The position numbers and the translations under genes were made by a program. This document shows, in pieces, positions 18,057 to 28,319 of a DNA stretch of 64,000 nt. Below the pieces are notes generated by a model that was given only the letters and a program-made list of their open reading frames with translations, ran no database searches and had not been told where the DNA came from. The DNA comes from Candidatus Elulimicrobiales bacterium (GTDB lineage: Bacteria; Patescibacteriota; Minisyncoccia; Phycocordibacterales; UBA5272), in NCBI GenBank assembly GCA_034927475.1, contig JAYFPW010000002.1, forward strand, positions 117,003 to 181,002, given 5' to 3'. The stretch's first letter is position 1, and every line of letters begins with the position of its first letter.

Positions 18057-19190
18057 TTAAGAAATAATATATAAAGCGACTCCGAGTAAAGCGAAAATCA
18101 TACCAAATATCCAATATCTCATCACTACTTTTTCCTTACTCCAACCTAAGTACACAAAAGTGTTATGTATAGGTGTTACTGGAAAAACTTTCTTTTTTCT
18201 AAATTTTTTTGATAGAAGTTGGATAATAGTTGTTATCTCTGTCAAGACAAAAGGCATAGCGATAATTGGTAGCAAAAATACAGCGTCTGTCATGACAGCA
18301 ATTAATCCTAAAAGGATTGCTAGAGGCATATATCCAACTTCTGAGAGATAAAATCTAGCTGGAGGTATATTGAACCATAGGAAAGCTAAAATTCCACCCA
18401 CAACCACAAAGGAAAGGGTTGCTATATCTATTTGATTATTAATTAGAGCAATAATGCCATATGCAGAATAAAGGATAGCAAAAAGACCTCCAGATAATCC
18501 ATCTAACCCATCAATATTTGAGGCCCCATACATACCCAAAAATAAAAGAATGAACAATAAAATTATATATTTACCAAAATATACTTCTCCTAAAAATGGA
18601 ATGGAAAGTGTGGCGAAGTCTAATTTGAAAAAAAACCAGAGTCCAGCTAAAATAGCAAAGATAATTACAAATACTAGGCGCATTTTTAAGGGCATACCAG
18701 GCTCACCTTTTTTATTTTTTAGTTTAAACATTCCAACCGAAGCCAAGTCATCTAACAATCCAACTAGAGCTGCTAAAATAAAAATTATTATTGGTAACCA
18801 AGTTTGATTTCTAGAAATAAAATTTAATTTTTCAAAAATATTAAATTGAAAAAAATTTGGTAAAACTGAATAGAGAATCACACAAAATAATGTTGCAAAA
18901 ATTATAATTAGTCCGCCAAGTCTAGGAGTTTCTCTTTTGCCGTCATTTAAGATAGAAGCTGTGATCGTAGCTTGATTTCCATCAATTGTCGTAGCAACAT
19001 TTTTCTTTTTCCAAAGTTTTTTCCTATAAAGAAAATCTGATAAAATTGGCGTAATAAAAATACCGAAGAAAAAGGCCGTAATACTAGGCCAAAGTATTTT
19101 AAAAATAGAAAGAGATGAAAGGGCAAGTTCTAAATTTTGCCCACTAATTGGTCCTGGCATATGTTTTTTATTTAAATAATGTAAAAACAT
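18057..19190 (-). CDS. mraY: Phospho-N-acetylmuramoyl-pentapeptide transferase MraY (GT4 family)
   Basis: NIDGLDGLSGG, the C-terminal TPIHNTF..GW region (the PIHHH-box region), a polytopic topology, and dcw synteny. Confidence 0.75.
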   Translation of the reverse strand: MFLHYLNKKHMPGPISGQNLELALSSLSIFKILWPSITAFFFGIFITPILSDFLYRKKLWKKKNVATTIDGNQATITASILNDGKRETPRLGGLIIIFATLFCVILYSVLPNFFQFNIFEKLNFISRNQTWLPIIIFILAALVGLLDDLASVGMFKLKNKKGEPGMPLKMRLVFVIIFAILAGLWFFFKLDFATLSIPFLGEVYFGKYIILLFILLFLGMYGASNIDGLDGLSGGLFAILYSAYGIIALINNQIDIATLSFVVVGGILAFLWFNIPPARFYLSEVGYMPLAILLGLIAVMTDAVFLLPIIAMPFVLTEITTIIQLLSKKFRKKKVFPVTPIHNTFVYLGWSKEKVVMRYWIFGMIFALLGVALYIIS

Positions 19191-19232
19191 TATACCACCA
19201 TTCCAGGCCTATAAAATCTTGACAAATTATAA

Positions 19233-20228
19233 TTATTTTCTAGAATCAACAACGGTTTTATAAAGTTTATTTACATCTTCAAACCTATCTTCTAAAGTAG
19301 ATCCTAAAACCACTATGACAATTGGTCTATTAATATCATAATCAAACATAATTGCTAAATTTCCACCAGCTAAATCTGTAAAACCTGTTTTAGAAGCTAA
19401 AAGCCCAACCGATTGACTGGCATATATATTAGTATTTGGAATTTGTAAAAGATTCAAATAGTCTGAACGAATATCAACTCTCGAATTCGTTGTATAAGAC
19501 ATTATTTCAGGAATAAATTCATAACTTTTAGCAAAGAATTTTGCATATTCTTCTGCAGTCCCCACCCCTCCTAAAACTTCTCCATAATCTAAACCCGATG
19601 CAGAATTAAAACGGAAATTTTTAAAACCTAAACTTTTAACATAATCATTCATTTTAGAAACAAAAGAATAGTTAGTTTTTTCTATAGTTGATGCGATTAT
19701 ATCCATAGAAGAATTTGAAGATATAGCTAAACCATATTTTAAAAGATCAGAAAGTTTCCATATTTGACCTTCAACCATTCCATAATCTAATTTTTCATCT
19801 TCACGCATTAAATCACTTTTAACAGTAATTCTCGTATCTGCATTTTTTAAATTGATGGCTGTTGCAGCTGTAACTACTTTTGTAAGAGAAGCTAGAGGTA
19901 AAACAGTATTTGGATTTTTTGAATATAAAATCTCGTCATTTCTAACATCATAGACAACATAGCTTTTAGCGACAATGTTTTCAGGTAAACTCTTTTTTTG
20001 AATTTTTTCAGCTTTATGTCTCTCATTAACTTCTACGATTTTTTGATCAAAAATCTCCCTTTTTGATTTATTAATTAAATTTGAATATTTATTAATATCC
20101 AAAGGACTTTTACTTAAAAGTCTCGGTACAGTTTCCAAAGAAACTATAAAAAAAATAGAAGCGATCATGGTTATAATACCAAGATTTCGTAAGCTTTTAT
20201 ATTTAATTAAATCACCTTTTTGCTTCAT
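19233..20228 (-). CDS. Serine-type D-alanyl-D-alanine carboxypeptidase (peptidase S11, PBP5-like) with an N-terminal membrane anchor
   Basis: The SxxK (ASLTK), SxN (SSNSS) and KTG (SKTGFT) motifs are in the correct order. Confidence 0.75.
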   Translation of the reverse strand: MKQKGDLIKYKSLRNLGIITMIASIFFIVSLETVPRLLSKSPLDINKYSNLINKSKREIFDQKIVEVNERHKAEKIQKKSLPENIVAKSYVVYDVRNDEILYSKNPNTVLPLASLTKVVTAATAINLKNADTRITVKSDLMREDEKLDYGMVEGQIWKLSDLLKYGLAISSNSSMDIIASTIEKTNYSFVSKMNDYVKSLGFKNFRFNSASGLDYGEVLGGVGTAEEYAKFFAKSYEFIPEIMSYTTNSRVDIRSDYLNLLQIPNTNIYASQSVGLLASKTGFTDLAGGNLAIMFDYDINRPIVIVVLGSTLEDRFEDVNKLYKTVVDSRK

Positions 20229-20235
20229 ATTTTTA

Positions 20236-20814
20236 CTATTTTAAATCAGAAGAACCTTCCTCTTTTTCTGTTTCCAAAACTTCCTTTAATCTTTCAGAAA
20301 AATCTGTTTTTATTTTTTCATATTCTGGTAAATCTTCAATATTTTTTAGCCCTAACATTTGTAAAGCTTCGGTGGAAAGAGAATATTTTTCACCTTCTCT
20401 TTTTAAAAGACCTCTTACCGAAAGTGAGCGAATACTTTGAGAAGACTGGATTCCGCGAATAAAAGAAATTTCATTTTTTGTAGAAGAACCTAAATAAGCG
20501 CAAATAGTTAAAACTTGTAATGAAGCAGGTGTTAATTCTCCCTCTAGTTCATTGATGCGTATTTTTCTAGTTATATCATTTAAAGCATTATCAATAGCTA
20601 AAGAATATTCAGTCTTATTTTCGTTTTTAGCATCATTTTTTATAAGCAATAGTCCCATTTGAGGTAATATATTTTCTAAACTATTAATCGCTTCTAAAAT
20701 ATTTTCACTAGTTAGGCTTTCATCATCTAAAAAACTCTTAATTTTTTCTAGAGTTATAGGTTCATTATATAAAAAAAGTATAGCTGAAATCCTTTTAATT
20801 AAAATATTATTCAT
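20236..20814 (-). CDS. scpB: Segregation and condensation protein B
   Basis: Two winged-helix repeats; ...LSVRGLLKREGE; and position adjacent to scpA. Confidence 0.8.
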   Translation of the reverse strand: MNNILIKRISAILFLYNEPITLEKIKSFLDDESLTSENILEAINSLENILPQMGLLLIKNDAKNENKTEYSLAIDNALNDITRKIRINELEGELTPASLQVLTICAYLGSSTKNEISFIRGIQSSQSIRSLSVRGLLKREGEKYSLSTEALQMLGLKNIEDLPEYEKIKTDFSERLKEVLETEKEEGSSDLK

Positions 20815-20836
20815 AATTCTTTAAAATTATAACACA

Positions 20837-21574
20837 TCACACTTTACTTATACTTATCTCATTAAATCCTTGCCCTTGTTCTGCATCTAAAACTCCATTT
20901 TTAATAAGTTCGAGCATTGCTAAAAAAGAAACAATAAAAGCTGATTTTTTTTCTTCTAAATTTTTCGCTTCCCCTGATAAAGAATTTGAAAAATCTTTAA
21001 AAGAAACATTAAAACTGGAAGTAACTCTTTCTAGTAATTTTTCTATAACATCTTCAATTTTTAAAACCTGTTTTACAGCTACCTGCTTAAGTCTCTCTTT
21101 TTTAGGAATTTTTAAAAGCGAAGCTATGGCAATAGAATGTAATAAGGTAGTATCAACTCTTCTGTCCCAAACAAAAACAGTTTCGTTATTCTGAAATTTT
21201 GATACACCGTGTAAACTATTTTTTCCAAATATTTTATTAATATTTTTCCCTGCCTCAATCACTATTTTATAAAGCTCTAATTTTTTTTCTAAATTAGAGA
21301 CAGTTTCTTTTTCTTCTCCAGAATAAGAAATTGTAGGAAAGAGGGACTTAGCTTTGATTAGCATAAGAGTAGAAGCAACAGAAATAAATTGAGAAATATC
21401 AACAATATCCTTCTCCCCTTTTTCTCGCAGCTCTTTAATATAGGAAATATATTCATCGGTAACTTGAGCTAGAGAAAATTCATTAATAGAAAGTTTTCTT
21501 GCTTCAATAAGTTCAAGTAATTTAAAATACGGACCAGAAAATCTTTCTAGAGTTACATTAAAGCCGTCTTGCAT
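20837..21574 (-). CDS. scpA: Segregation and condensation protein A (kleisin). Its stop codon is TGA.
   Basis: ScpA-like N-terminus LERFSGPYFKLLELIEARKLSINEFSLAQVTDEY and the C-terminal winged helix. Confidence 0.8.
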   Translation of the reverse strand: MQDGFNVTLERFSGPYFKLLELIEARKLSINEFSLAQVTDEYISYIKELREKGEKDIVDISQFISVASTLMLIKAKSLFPTISYSGEEKETVSNLEKKLELYKIVIEAGKNINKIFGKNSLHGVSKFQNNETVFVWDRRVDTTLLHSIAIASLLKIPKKERLKQVAVKQVLKIEDVIEKLLERVTSSFNVSFKDFSNSLSGEAKNLEEKKSAFIVSFLAMLELIKNGVLDAEQGQGFNEISISKV

Positions 21575-21592
21575 AATAATAAAATTATAACA

Positions 21593-22609
21593 CTAAAAGT
21601 CTAACCCCGTTTCTTTTTTTACTTTTCTCATCATTATTTCACCTTTTTTGTGAGCTTTTTTAGCGCCAGACTTTAGAACTGACAGCATTTCTTTTTTTCC
21701 TTTCGGAGTATTTAAATAATAATGATATTTTTTCTTCATTTCTGAAAAATATGAAAGAATTGTATTTAAAAGATCTTCTTTAGCTTCTTTATAACTATAA
21801 GGATTTTTGTCGCTATTCAAAAATTTCTCTCGTAATTTTTCATCTTCTTTTTTATTTAAGAAAATTTTGTGAATCTTATAAATTAAAACTTCGTCTGGAT
21901 TTTTCTTTTCATTTGGAGCTTTGCTGTCAGTTTTAATACTCATCACTTTTTTCTTAATCTCATCGTCTGAGGCAAACATTGCAATAGCGTTGCCTTTACT
22001 TTTACTCATTTTTTTCCCATCAATACCTGGTACAACTTCTAGTTCTTTAACGGAATACCCTTTTGGGAATTTAAAAGTATTTACATTATAAGCTCTGTTA
22101 TATTTTCCAGCTATTTCTCTTGTCATTTCTAAATGCTGTTCCTGGTCTTTTCCAATCGGAACTATATCTGCATTGTATAAAAGAATATCTGAAGCCATTA
22201 ATACTGGATAATCTAGAAGACCAATATTTACATCTTTTTTTTCATTTTCTTTATCTCTTTCTTTATCTTTAAAAGCATGAGACAAAAAGAGCATTGGAAG
22301 TGGGGTTACTGTATTTAAAATCCAAGTTAATTCTGTGACTAACGGTACATCGCTTTGTTTAAAAATAACAACTTTTTTCTTATCAAAACCGCAAGCTAAA
22401 TAAGCGGCGGCCGTTTCTAAGATTTTTTGATTTCTTTCTTTTTTATCAAGCAAAGTTGTCATCGAATGATAATCCGCTAAGAAAATATATGCTTCGTAGT
22501 TGCCAGAATTAACAAGCTCTACCATTTGTTTAATGGCTCCAAAATAATTTCCCAAATGAAGTTCTCCACTGGTTTGAACACCTGAAACTAAAACTTTCTT
22601 ACTCTTCAT
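21593..22609 (-). CDS. trpS: Tryptophanyl-tRNA synthetase
   Basis: GVQTSGELHLGNYFG (the HIGH-type motif) and KMSKSKGN. Confidence 0.9.
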   Translation of the reverse strand: MKSKKVLVSGVQTSGELHLGNYFGAIKQMVELVNSGNYEAYIFLADYHSMTTLLDKKERNQKILETAAAYLACGFDKKKVVIFKQSDVPLVTELTWILNTVTPLPMLFLSHAFKDKERDKENEKKDVNIGLLDYPVLMASDILLYNADIVPIGKDQEQHLEMTREIAGKYNRAYNVNTFKFPKGYSVKELEVVPGIDGKKMSKSKGNAIAMFASDDEIKKKVMSIKTDSKAPNEKKNPDEVLIYKIHKIFLNKKEDEKLREKFLNSDKNPYSYKEAKEDLLNTILSYFSEMKKKYHYYLNTPKGKKEMLSVLKSGAKKAHKKGEIMMRKVKKETGLDF

Positions 22610-22629
22610 ATATTTTTCTATTTTTTATC

Positions 22630-25032
22630 TTAATTTTGAATTGATGTGGTGGCTACAGAATCTGTAGGAGTGTTTGTCTCAGTTTGAGTATTTCCTGAAG
22701 TTTGCGCCTTGTTGGCGGTTGATAAAAAATCTTTTAATTCTTTTATATTTTTATCTTCAGGTAAAATCTGACTCAAAACATTAGCTAATTCATAAGCTTT
22801 ATCATACTCCCCAACAATTGTATAAGTAACAGATAAATAATATGCCGCTACAACATTGTTTGGATCCAAAGTGAGTGCTGTAACAAAAGCTGTATAAGCT
22901 TGGTTTAGTTCGTCTTGAGTAAGTCCTTCTTTATTTAAGATCAAAATACCAAACTGTAAATAAGCATCTACATTTTGAGGGTCTGCTTGTATAGCTCTCA
23001 CGGCGTATTCTAAAGCTAAATCTCTGTTGTTATTCTGAGCAGCTAATTGAGAGAATAAATAATGAGCTGTTGAATAATTAGGTTTGACCTCTAAAGATTT
23101 TTGTAAAGTTGCTGCTGTAGTTGTTCCACTTTGATTATAAGCGTATTCAAGATTAGCTAAATTTAGATAAAGAGAAGGGTTTTTAGGGTACAAAGAAACA
23201 GCTGTGTTGTATGCTAATTTTGCTTTTTCATAATGGGTATTTTTGTTTTGTTTATCAAGATCCATTAAATATGAATAGACAGATCCTAAAGAGATGTAGT
23301 TATTGAAGTCCTTATTATCCATTTTAATTGCTGTTTCGGCAGAAATTATAGCTTTATTTGCAGTATCGATTATATTTTTTTGTAATAATTCTATATCACT
23401 AGATGTAGAGTTTAAAATAAGTCCAGTGTTAAACAAATAGAATTGTGATAATAATCTATAACCATAATCATTATTTATAAAAGCTTTCGCTCCTTTTATT
23501 AATCCTTTTTCAAGCTCGACAAGATTACCAGTTTCTCCATAATTTTTTAAAGCATTGTTTGTGATATACACAGATCTTATTCTGCTAAAGGATGAAATTA
23601 TTCCAACCAGTAAAAGTAAGAATAATATCAAAGATATCAAGTTGTACATTTTAGTAGATTTAGAATCTTTCCATTTAAAGAGTGTTCCAAGAACTAAAGC
23701 TAAGGTTAAAGCAAAAAGTAAGATAGAAATAGTTATATTTGCAAAAAATAGCATCAGAAATACAGAGAAAACAAAAAGTGTACCAGTTGCTAAAATGTAA
23801 AACATTTCTTCTTGATTTAATTCAAAATCTTCTTTTAAGGAGTTGATTTTTCTTACCTCTTTAAATATTTTGATTGTTGGAAGAACTATTATAATTAAAA
23901 CAAAAATTAAACCAACAATACCTAAAGTTACAGCCAGAGTAGTTACAGCAGAGAAAGATGAAGAAAACTCTACACCCCAATATGAAGAATCAATTACAGC
24001 CTGAGGTTTTCCTTGTTGCCAAACTCTGTAAAAATCAGCTGGACCAGAACCGAATATTTTACCTTTAGCTAATTCTGTTTTTATTAAATCAAGACTTAGT
24101 CCTACATCCGGTTTAACAAACCCATAACTTATACCAGAAATTTTATTTGTAAAAACAGCGTAACTTTGCGCAAGTTTTGAAGTTGGTCCGGAAGAAAAAA
24201 TAAATAGAAGAGAAAAGAGTAAAGAGACTAAGAAAACATAAAAAGAAGCTCTTTGGAAGAATTTTAGAGGTTTCTTTTCATTTTCCTCTTTTGATTTATT
24301 TGCTAATCTAGTAAATAATAAAACAAATAAGGAAGAAAGAGCTAATGCGTACCAAATGTCAGGAACAATTATAAATGAGATTAATATTAAGTGTAAGAAT
24401 ATTAATATAAGAGAAGTGGTTTTTTGAGATTTGGTAGAAGCTATAGTTTCGAAATAAACTAAAGTTAAAATTACAATAATAGCTGAAGCGACAGCCACAA
24501 TATCCCAATTTTCAATAAAGAAGGTTAATTTGCTTGCGAATGCAACTAGGCCAAATTTAGACATTATAAGAGCTAATATTGTAGGTAATGTAACTAAAAG
24601 AGTACCTAAGACCAAAAATGACCAGGTTAATCTTTTAAAGTGTTTTGCATAAGAAGCGATAATTAAAACTAAACAGAAAAGAGCTATATAAGTTAAACCG
24701 CTATTTAAGTAAACATATTTTCCAAAAAATGAATCAAAAAATCCTCCTGAAAAAATAGTAGAAAGTAAAATTAGAATCGGAAAAGCTGCCATTAAAGACC
24801 TAACCAATTTACTTTCCGGTAAAGGTACTTCTTTTTTTCTAAAAAGAAGTAATGAGTAAAGAATAAATGCTATACCAGTCACAAATAAAAGTATAGTATT
24901 CTTAGTCAACTCTACAGAAACAAAAGATGCAGGTGTTGAAAATTTATAAAAAATAGTAAATATTAAACCTAAAAAACTAATCAAAAAACCAGAAAACATT
25001 AAAGTCTTATTTAAAGATAACTTTTTTAACAT
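22630..25032 (-). CDS. Large polytopic membrane protein (possibly O-antigen-ligase/Wzy-like) with C-terminal TPR repeats and a Ser/Thr-rich tail
   Basis: About 12 TM helices occupy the N-terminal 480 aa. The C-terminus carries repeated A-x-x-Y-x-x-A-x-x-L-x-P TPR-like units. The Wzy-like assignment is tentative. Confidence 0.45.
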   Translation of the reverse strand: MLKKLSLNKTLMFSGFLISFLGLIFTIFYKFSTPASFVSVELTKNTILLFVTGIAFILYSLLLFRKKEVPLPESKLVRSLMAAFPILILLSTIFSGGFFDSFFGKYVYLNSGLTYIALFCLVLIIASYAKHFKRLTWSFLVLGTLLVTLPTILALIMSKFGLVAFASKLTFFIENWDIVAVASAIIVILTLVYFETIASTKSQKTTSLILIFLHLILISFIIVPDIWYALALSSLFVLLFTRLANKSKEENEKKPLKFFQRASFYVFLVSLLFSLLFIFSSGPTSKLAQSYAVFTNKISGISYGFVKPDVGLSLDLIKTELAKGKIFGSGPADFYRVWQQGKPQAVIDSSYWGVEFSSSFSAVTTLAVTLGIVGLIFVLIIIVLPTIKIFKEVRKINSLKEDFELNQEEMFYILATGTLFVFSVFLMLFFANITISILLFALTLALVLGTLFKWKDSKSTKMYNLISLILFLLLLVGIISSFSRIRSVYITNNALKNYGETGNLVELEKGLIKGAKAFINNDYGYRLLSQFYLFNTGLILNSTSSDIELLQKNIIDTANKAIISAETAIKMDNKDFNNYISLGSVYSYLMDLDKQNKNTHYEKAKLAYNTAVSLYPKNPSLYLNLANLEYAYNQSGTTTAATLQKSLEVKPNYSTAHYLFSQLAAQNNNRDLALEYAVRAIQADPQNVDAYLQFGILILNKEGLTQDELNQAYTAFVTALTLDPNNVVAAYYLSVTYTIVGEYDKAYELANVLSQILPEDKNIKELKDFLSTANKAQTSGNTQTETNTPTDSVATTSIQN

Positions 25033-25097
25033 ATTTGAATATAATAATTATAGCTCTTAATGAGATTTTATTATACCACAAAGAAAGCTATCAAATA

Positions 25098-26030
25098 CTA
25101 TATTTTCAAATATCTTCTCATTGCCAAAAGTGAAGAAATTGTGGTCAAAAGGAGACTGATAACTAATAGTAATAGGAATAAAATAAAGAAATTCTGTAAA
25201 AAATACTGGAATATATCTAAACCACTAAAAAACTCAGTTGTTTTCTTTGCTAAATAGAAGGTGGTTGGTACAAAGAAAATCATCGCTAAAATTGAAGAAA
25301 TTACAGCATAAATGCTAGATTCTACTAAAAATGGACCTCTGATATACATATTAGATGCACCCACCAGCTTCATAACAGCAATCTCTTCCCTGTATATAAA
25401 GATAGAAAGTCTGATAGTGTTAAAAATAATTAAAGAACTAATAATAATAAATAACAGAGTTATCCAGTATCCTATAGAATTAAACAAACGAATCATATTA
25501 TTTAATCTATCGATTGTGGGCTTTAATTCAAAATAGTTTATTTTATCCACAGCTGAATAAGAAGCGCCTAAAAATTCTGATTCTGAACTTAAAGTGTTAG
25601 AAATGTAATCATAACTATTTGGATCATTGGCTATAACAGTCAACATAGCCCCAAAAGGATTTGCGTCTAGCTCAGATAAGGCTTGAAGAGTGACAGGGTC
25701 ATTCGAGTGTTTAATTTGAAAATCTTCTAAAGATTGTTCAGCTGTGACAAGTTCAACAGATTTAACTTCCGGTAAAGTTTCTATTTTGTTTTTTATATCC
25801 AAAATCTGAGAATCTTCTGCATCCAGTTTAAAATAAATTTTAATATCCACCTTATTTCTAACTTGATCTAAAGAATAATCAAAAATACCTCTAAAGAAAA
25901 AGAATACTCCAATAACAATGAGTGTTGTAGTTAAAATTCCTATAGAAGAAAGAGAAACTGTCTTGTTTCTTAAAAAACTAAGAAATCCTGATTTAAACAC
26001 TCTTTTTGTTGATGTAATCTTTTTTTTCAT
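25098..26030 (-). CDS. ftsX: Cell division permease FtsX
   Basis: It has an N-terminal TM segment, a periplasmic domain and three C-terminal TM segments. It lies downstream of ftsE. Confidence 0.8.
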   Translation of the reverse strand: MKKKITSTKRVFKSGFLSFLRNKTVSLSSIGILTTTLIVIGVFFFFRGIFDYSLDQVRNKVDIKIYFKLDAEDSQILDIKNKIETLPEVKSVELVTAEQSLEDFQIKHSNDPVTLQALSELDANPFGAMLTVIANDPNSYDYISNTLSSESEFLGASYSAVDKINYFELKPTIDRLNNMIRLFNSIGYWITLLFIIISSLIIFNTIRLSIFIYREEIAVMKLVGASNMYIRGPFLVESSIYAVISSILAMIFFVPTTFYLAKKTTEFFSGLDIFQYFLQNFFILFLLLLVISLLLTTISSLLAMRRYLKI

Positions 26031-26039
26031 ATAGTTTTA

Positions 26040-26720
26040 TTAAATTGAATATTTCCCAACCTTTTCATCTTTTAAAATCCTCCCGTCTTGCATACTCACT
26101 ACTCTCTTTTTAAGATGATCAATTACTCCTTTATTGTGAGTAGTTAGAATAACAGTTGTGCCTAAATCATTGATTTTTTTCAAGACTTGAATAATATCGT
26201 AAGTATTAACTGGGTCAAGATTTCCTGTTGGCTCATCGGCAATCAAAATTTCTGGTCTATTAACTAAAGCTCTAGCAATTACCACTCTTTGCTTTTCTCC
26301 ACCAGATAGCTGATCTGGAAAATGAAATATTTTATTTCTTAAATCTACCAAATCTAAAACATTTGGAACATCTCTAGCAATTTCTTCATCTGTTTTTCCA
26401 GCAGCTTCCATAGCAAAAGCAATATTTTCAAAAACTGTTTTATTTTGTAAAAGTCTATAATCTTGAAAAACTACACCTATCTTTCTGCGAAAATCAGTTA
26501 AATCTCTTCCTTTTAATTTACTTACTTGATTAGAATGAAAAGACACCTTACCATAAGTTGGTTTCTCTTCCGCTAGTATCATTTTAATTAAAGTTGTTTT
26601 ACCTGCTCCAGAATGACCAACAATTGAAACAAGTTCACCTTTGTCAATTGTCAGATTAATATCGTCTAAAGCGACAAAACCTCCTGGATATTCTTTTCTT
26701 AAATTCTCGAAATAGAGCAT
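26040..26720 (-). CDS. ftsE: Cell division ATP-binding protein FtsE
   Basis: Walker A GHSGAGKTT, the ABC signature LSGGEKQR, and Walker B ILIADEPT. Confidence 0.9.
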   Translation of the reverse strand: MLYFENLRKEYPGGFVALDDINLTIDKGELVSIVGHSGAGKTTLIKMILAEEKPTYGKVSFHSNQVSKLKGRDLTDFRRKIGVVFQDYRLLQNKTVFENIAFAMEAAGKTDEEIARDVPNVLDLVDLRNKIFHFPDQLSGGEKQRVVIARALVNRPEILIADEPTGNLDPVNTYDIIQVLKKINDLGTTVILTTHNKGVIDHLKKRVVSMQDGRILKDEKVGKYSI

Positions 26721-26788
26721 AAAAAATAGCTTTCTAGCTTAACTTTTATATTCTAGCACAATTTTTCTCTTTGCAAATAACTTATTAA

Positions 26789-26816
26789 CAAAAAACGAGG
26801 TTAATAACCTCGTTTT
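26789..26816. terminator. Hairpin terminator
   Basis: AACGAGGTT aat AACCTCGTT flanked by A- and T-runs. Confidence 0.5.
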
Positions 26817-26846
26817 TTAAATTATAGTTTTACTTATTTTTTTACA

Positions 26847-27029
26847 TTATGTTGTTTTATAAACTTCTTTTAAAATCACTAATATAAGAGCTATCAAAGA
26901 AATAATAAAAAAACAAAACGAAAATAGGCTAGAAGAAAGCCCATTTCTAATTGTTGATATTAGAAAGTAAATAAAACCAACACTTGTAAATACACTAAGT
27001 GTAAAAAGAGCAAATCTAAATTTTTTCAT
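26847..27029 (-). CDS. Hypothetical 60-aa membrane protein (two TM segments)
   Basis: A hydrophobic ORF lying between prfB and the terminator. Confidence 0.3.
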   Translation of the reverse strand: MKKFRFALFTLSVFTSVGFIYFLISTIRNGLSSSLFSFCFFIISLIALILVILKEVYKTT

Positions 27030-27094
27030 CTTTTGTCAATTTTTTGTTTAGCTAATTAAACTATACAATATTTTTAAGAATTTGTAAAATAAAT

Positions 27095-27973
27095 CTAACT
27101 TTGGATAAAATCTTCCAACTCCCCTTTTTCTAAAACTTTTTCCACATCACTAGCTTCCACTCCAGTTCTTAAATCTTTAATGAGTTTATATGGATGCAAA
27201 ACATAATTTCTGATTTGATTCCCCCACTCTATTTCTGTAGTTTTAGAAATTTGTCTTCCTTCTATTTCAGCTTGTCTTTTTTCTTCTTCTAATTTAAATA
27301 ATTTTGCATAAAGTAAAGCTAAAGCTTTTTCTTTGTTTTGTTCCTGACTTCTTTCGGTAGAAATTTGTACAGAAATATTTGTTGGCTTATGAACCAATCT
27401 CACTGCTGTTTCTCTTTTATTTACATTTTGCCCACCAGGGCCAGAAGATTTTGAAGTTTCTATTTCTATTTCTTCATCACTTATACTATTTTTAAATTTA
27501 TCAAATTCTAATTTTGGAAGTATGGGAAGAATTTCCACTAAAACAAAACTAGTATGTCTTTTTGCATTTGCGTTAAATGGAGAAAGTCGTACTAGTCTAT
27601 GAACACCAGATTCATTTTTTAATTTTTTATAAACATTTTTTCCATTAATTTCTAAAGATAAATTTCGGTATCCTCCATGATCATTTTGATTTTCGTGTAA
27701 AAATAAAACACTCCAACCTTGTTTCTCAAAATATTTTAAATACATATTTAAAAGCATTTTCGCAAAATCTTCACTATCATCACCTCCAGCTCCAGCTAAA
27801 ATATTTAAAATGGCTCCACCTTTATCCAAAACAGAATCTCCTTCTAGCTCCGCTTTTAAATCTTTTATTTTTTGAATTACATCTTGCGCGTGAACTTTAT
27901 CACTCCAAAAATCCGGCTCGTATAAATGCATTTCTAATTCCTCTATTTCTTTTTGAATTTCCGATTTATTCAT
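27095..27973 (-). CDS. prfB: Peptide chain release factor 2, a short form (292 aa) with no programmed +1 frameshift site
   Basis: The GGQ motif SGPGGQNVNK. The SPF tripeptide (RLVRLSPFNA) identifies it as RF2 rather than RF1. Relative to E. coli RF2, the N-terminal domain 1 is reduced. Confidence 0.85.
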   Translation of the reverse strand: MNKSEIQKEIEELEMHLYEPDFWSDKVHAQDVIQKIKDLKAELEGDSVLDKGGAILNILAGAGGDDSEDFAKMLLNMYLKYFEKQGWSVLFLHENQNDHGGYRNLSLEINGKNVYKKLKNESGVHRLVRLSPFNANAKRHTSFVLVEILPILPKLEFDKFKNSISDEEIEIETSKSSGPGGQNVNKRETAVRLVHKPTNISVQISTERSQEQNKEKALALLYAKLFKLEEEKRQAEIEGRQISKTTEIEWGNQIRNYVLHPYKLIKDLRTGVEASDVEKVLEKGELEDFIQS

Positions 27974-28301
27974 GGTTAAAAAGATTAGTCATACACTCAT
28001 TATGTTTTGTGATAACAACTTGCTTTAAAGAAGAAATACTATAAACATAACTAACAGCTGTTAGTAGAATTACTACTAAAAGTAAAATTTTAAAATTTTT
28101 TTTATTAAATAATAAAATGATTACTCCAAATAATGTAAAAAGTCTAGAAAAAAGATAATCATTATCTAATAAAATATCCCTGTAGGAACAGACCATAACA
28201 CCGACTGTGGTTGTCTTAAAGAGGGTTACGACAAATAAAATTACTCCAAATACGATACTAATTATTCCTATAATGTTATAAAAATTTATTTTCTTTTTCA
28301 T
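27966..28301 (-). CDS. Hypothetical 111-aa membrane protein
   Basis: It has 3 TM helices and overlaps the prfB start by 8 nt. Confidence 0.4.
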   Translation of the reverse strand: MKKKINFYNIIGIISIVFGVILFVVTLFKTTTVGVMVCSYRDILLDNDYLFSRLFTLFGVIILLFNKKNFKILLLVVILLTAVSYVYSISSLKQVVITKHNECMTNLFNHE

Positions 28302-28319
28302 ATATTTATTTTAATAATA

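Noticed and set aside
27974-28040. A programmed +1 frameshift site for prfB
   Set aside because: No CTT-TGA-C cassette or in-frame upstream RF2-like N-terminal coding was found. The upstream ORF is an unrelated membrane protein ending in TAA.
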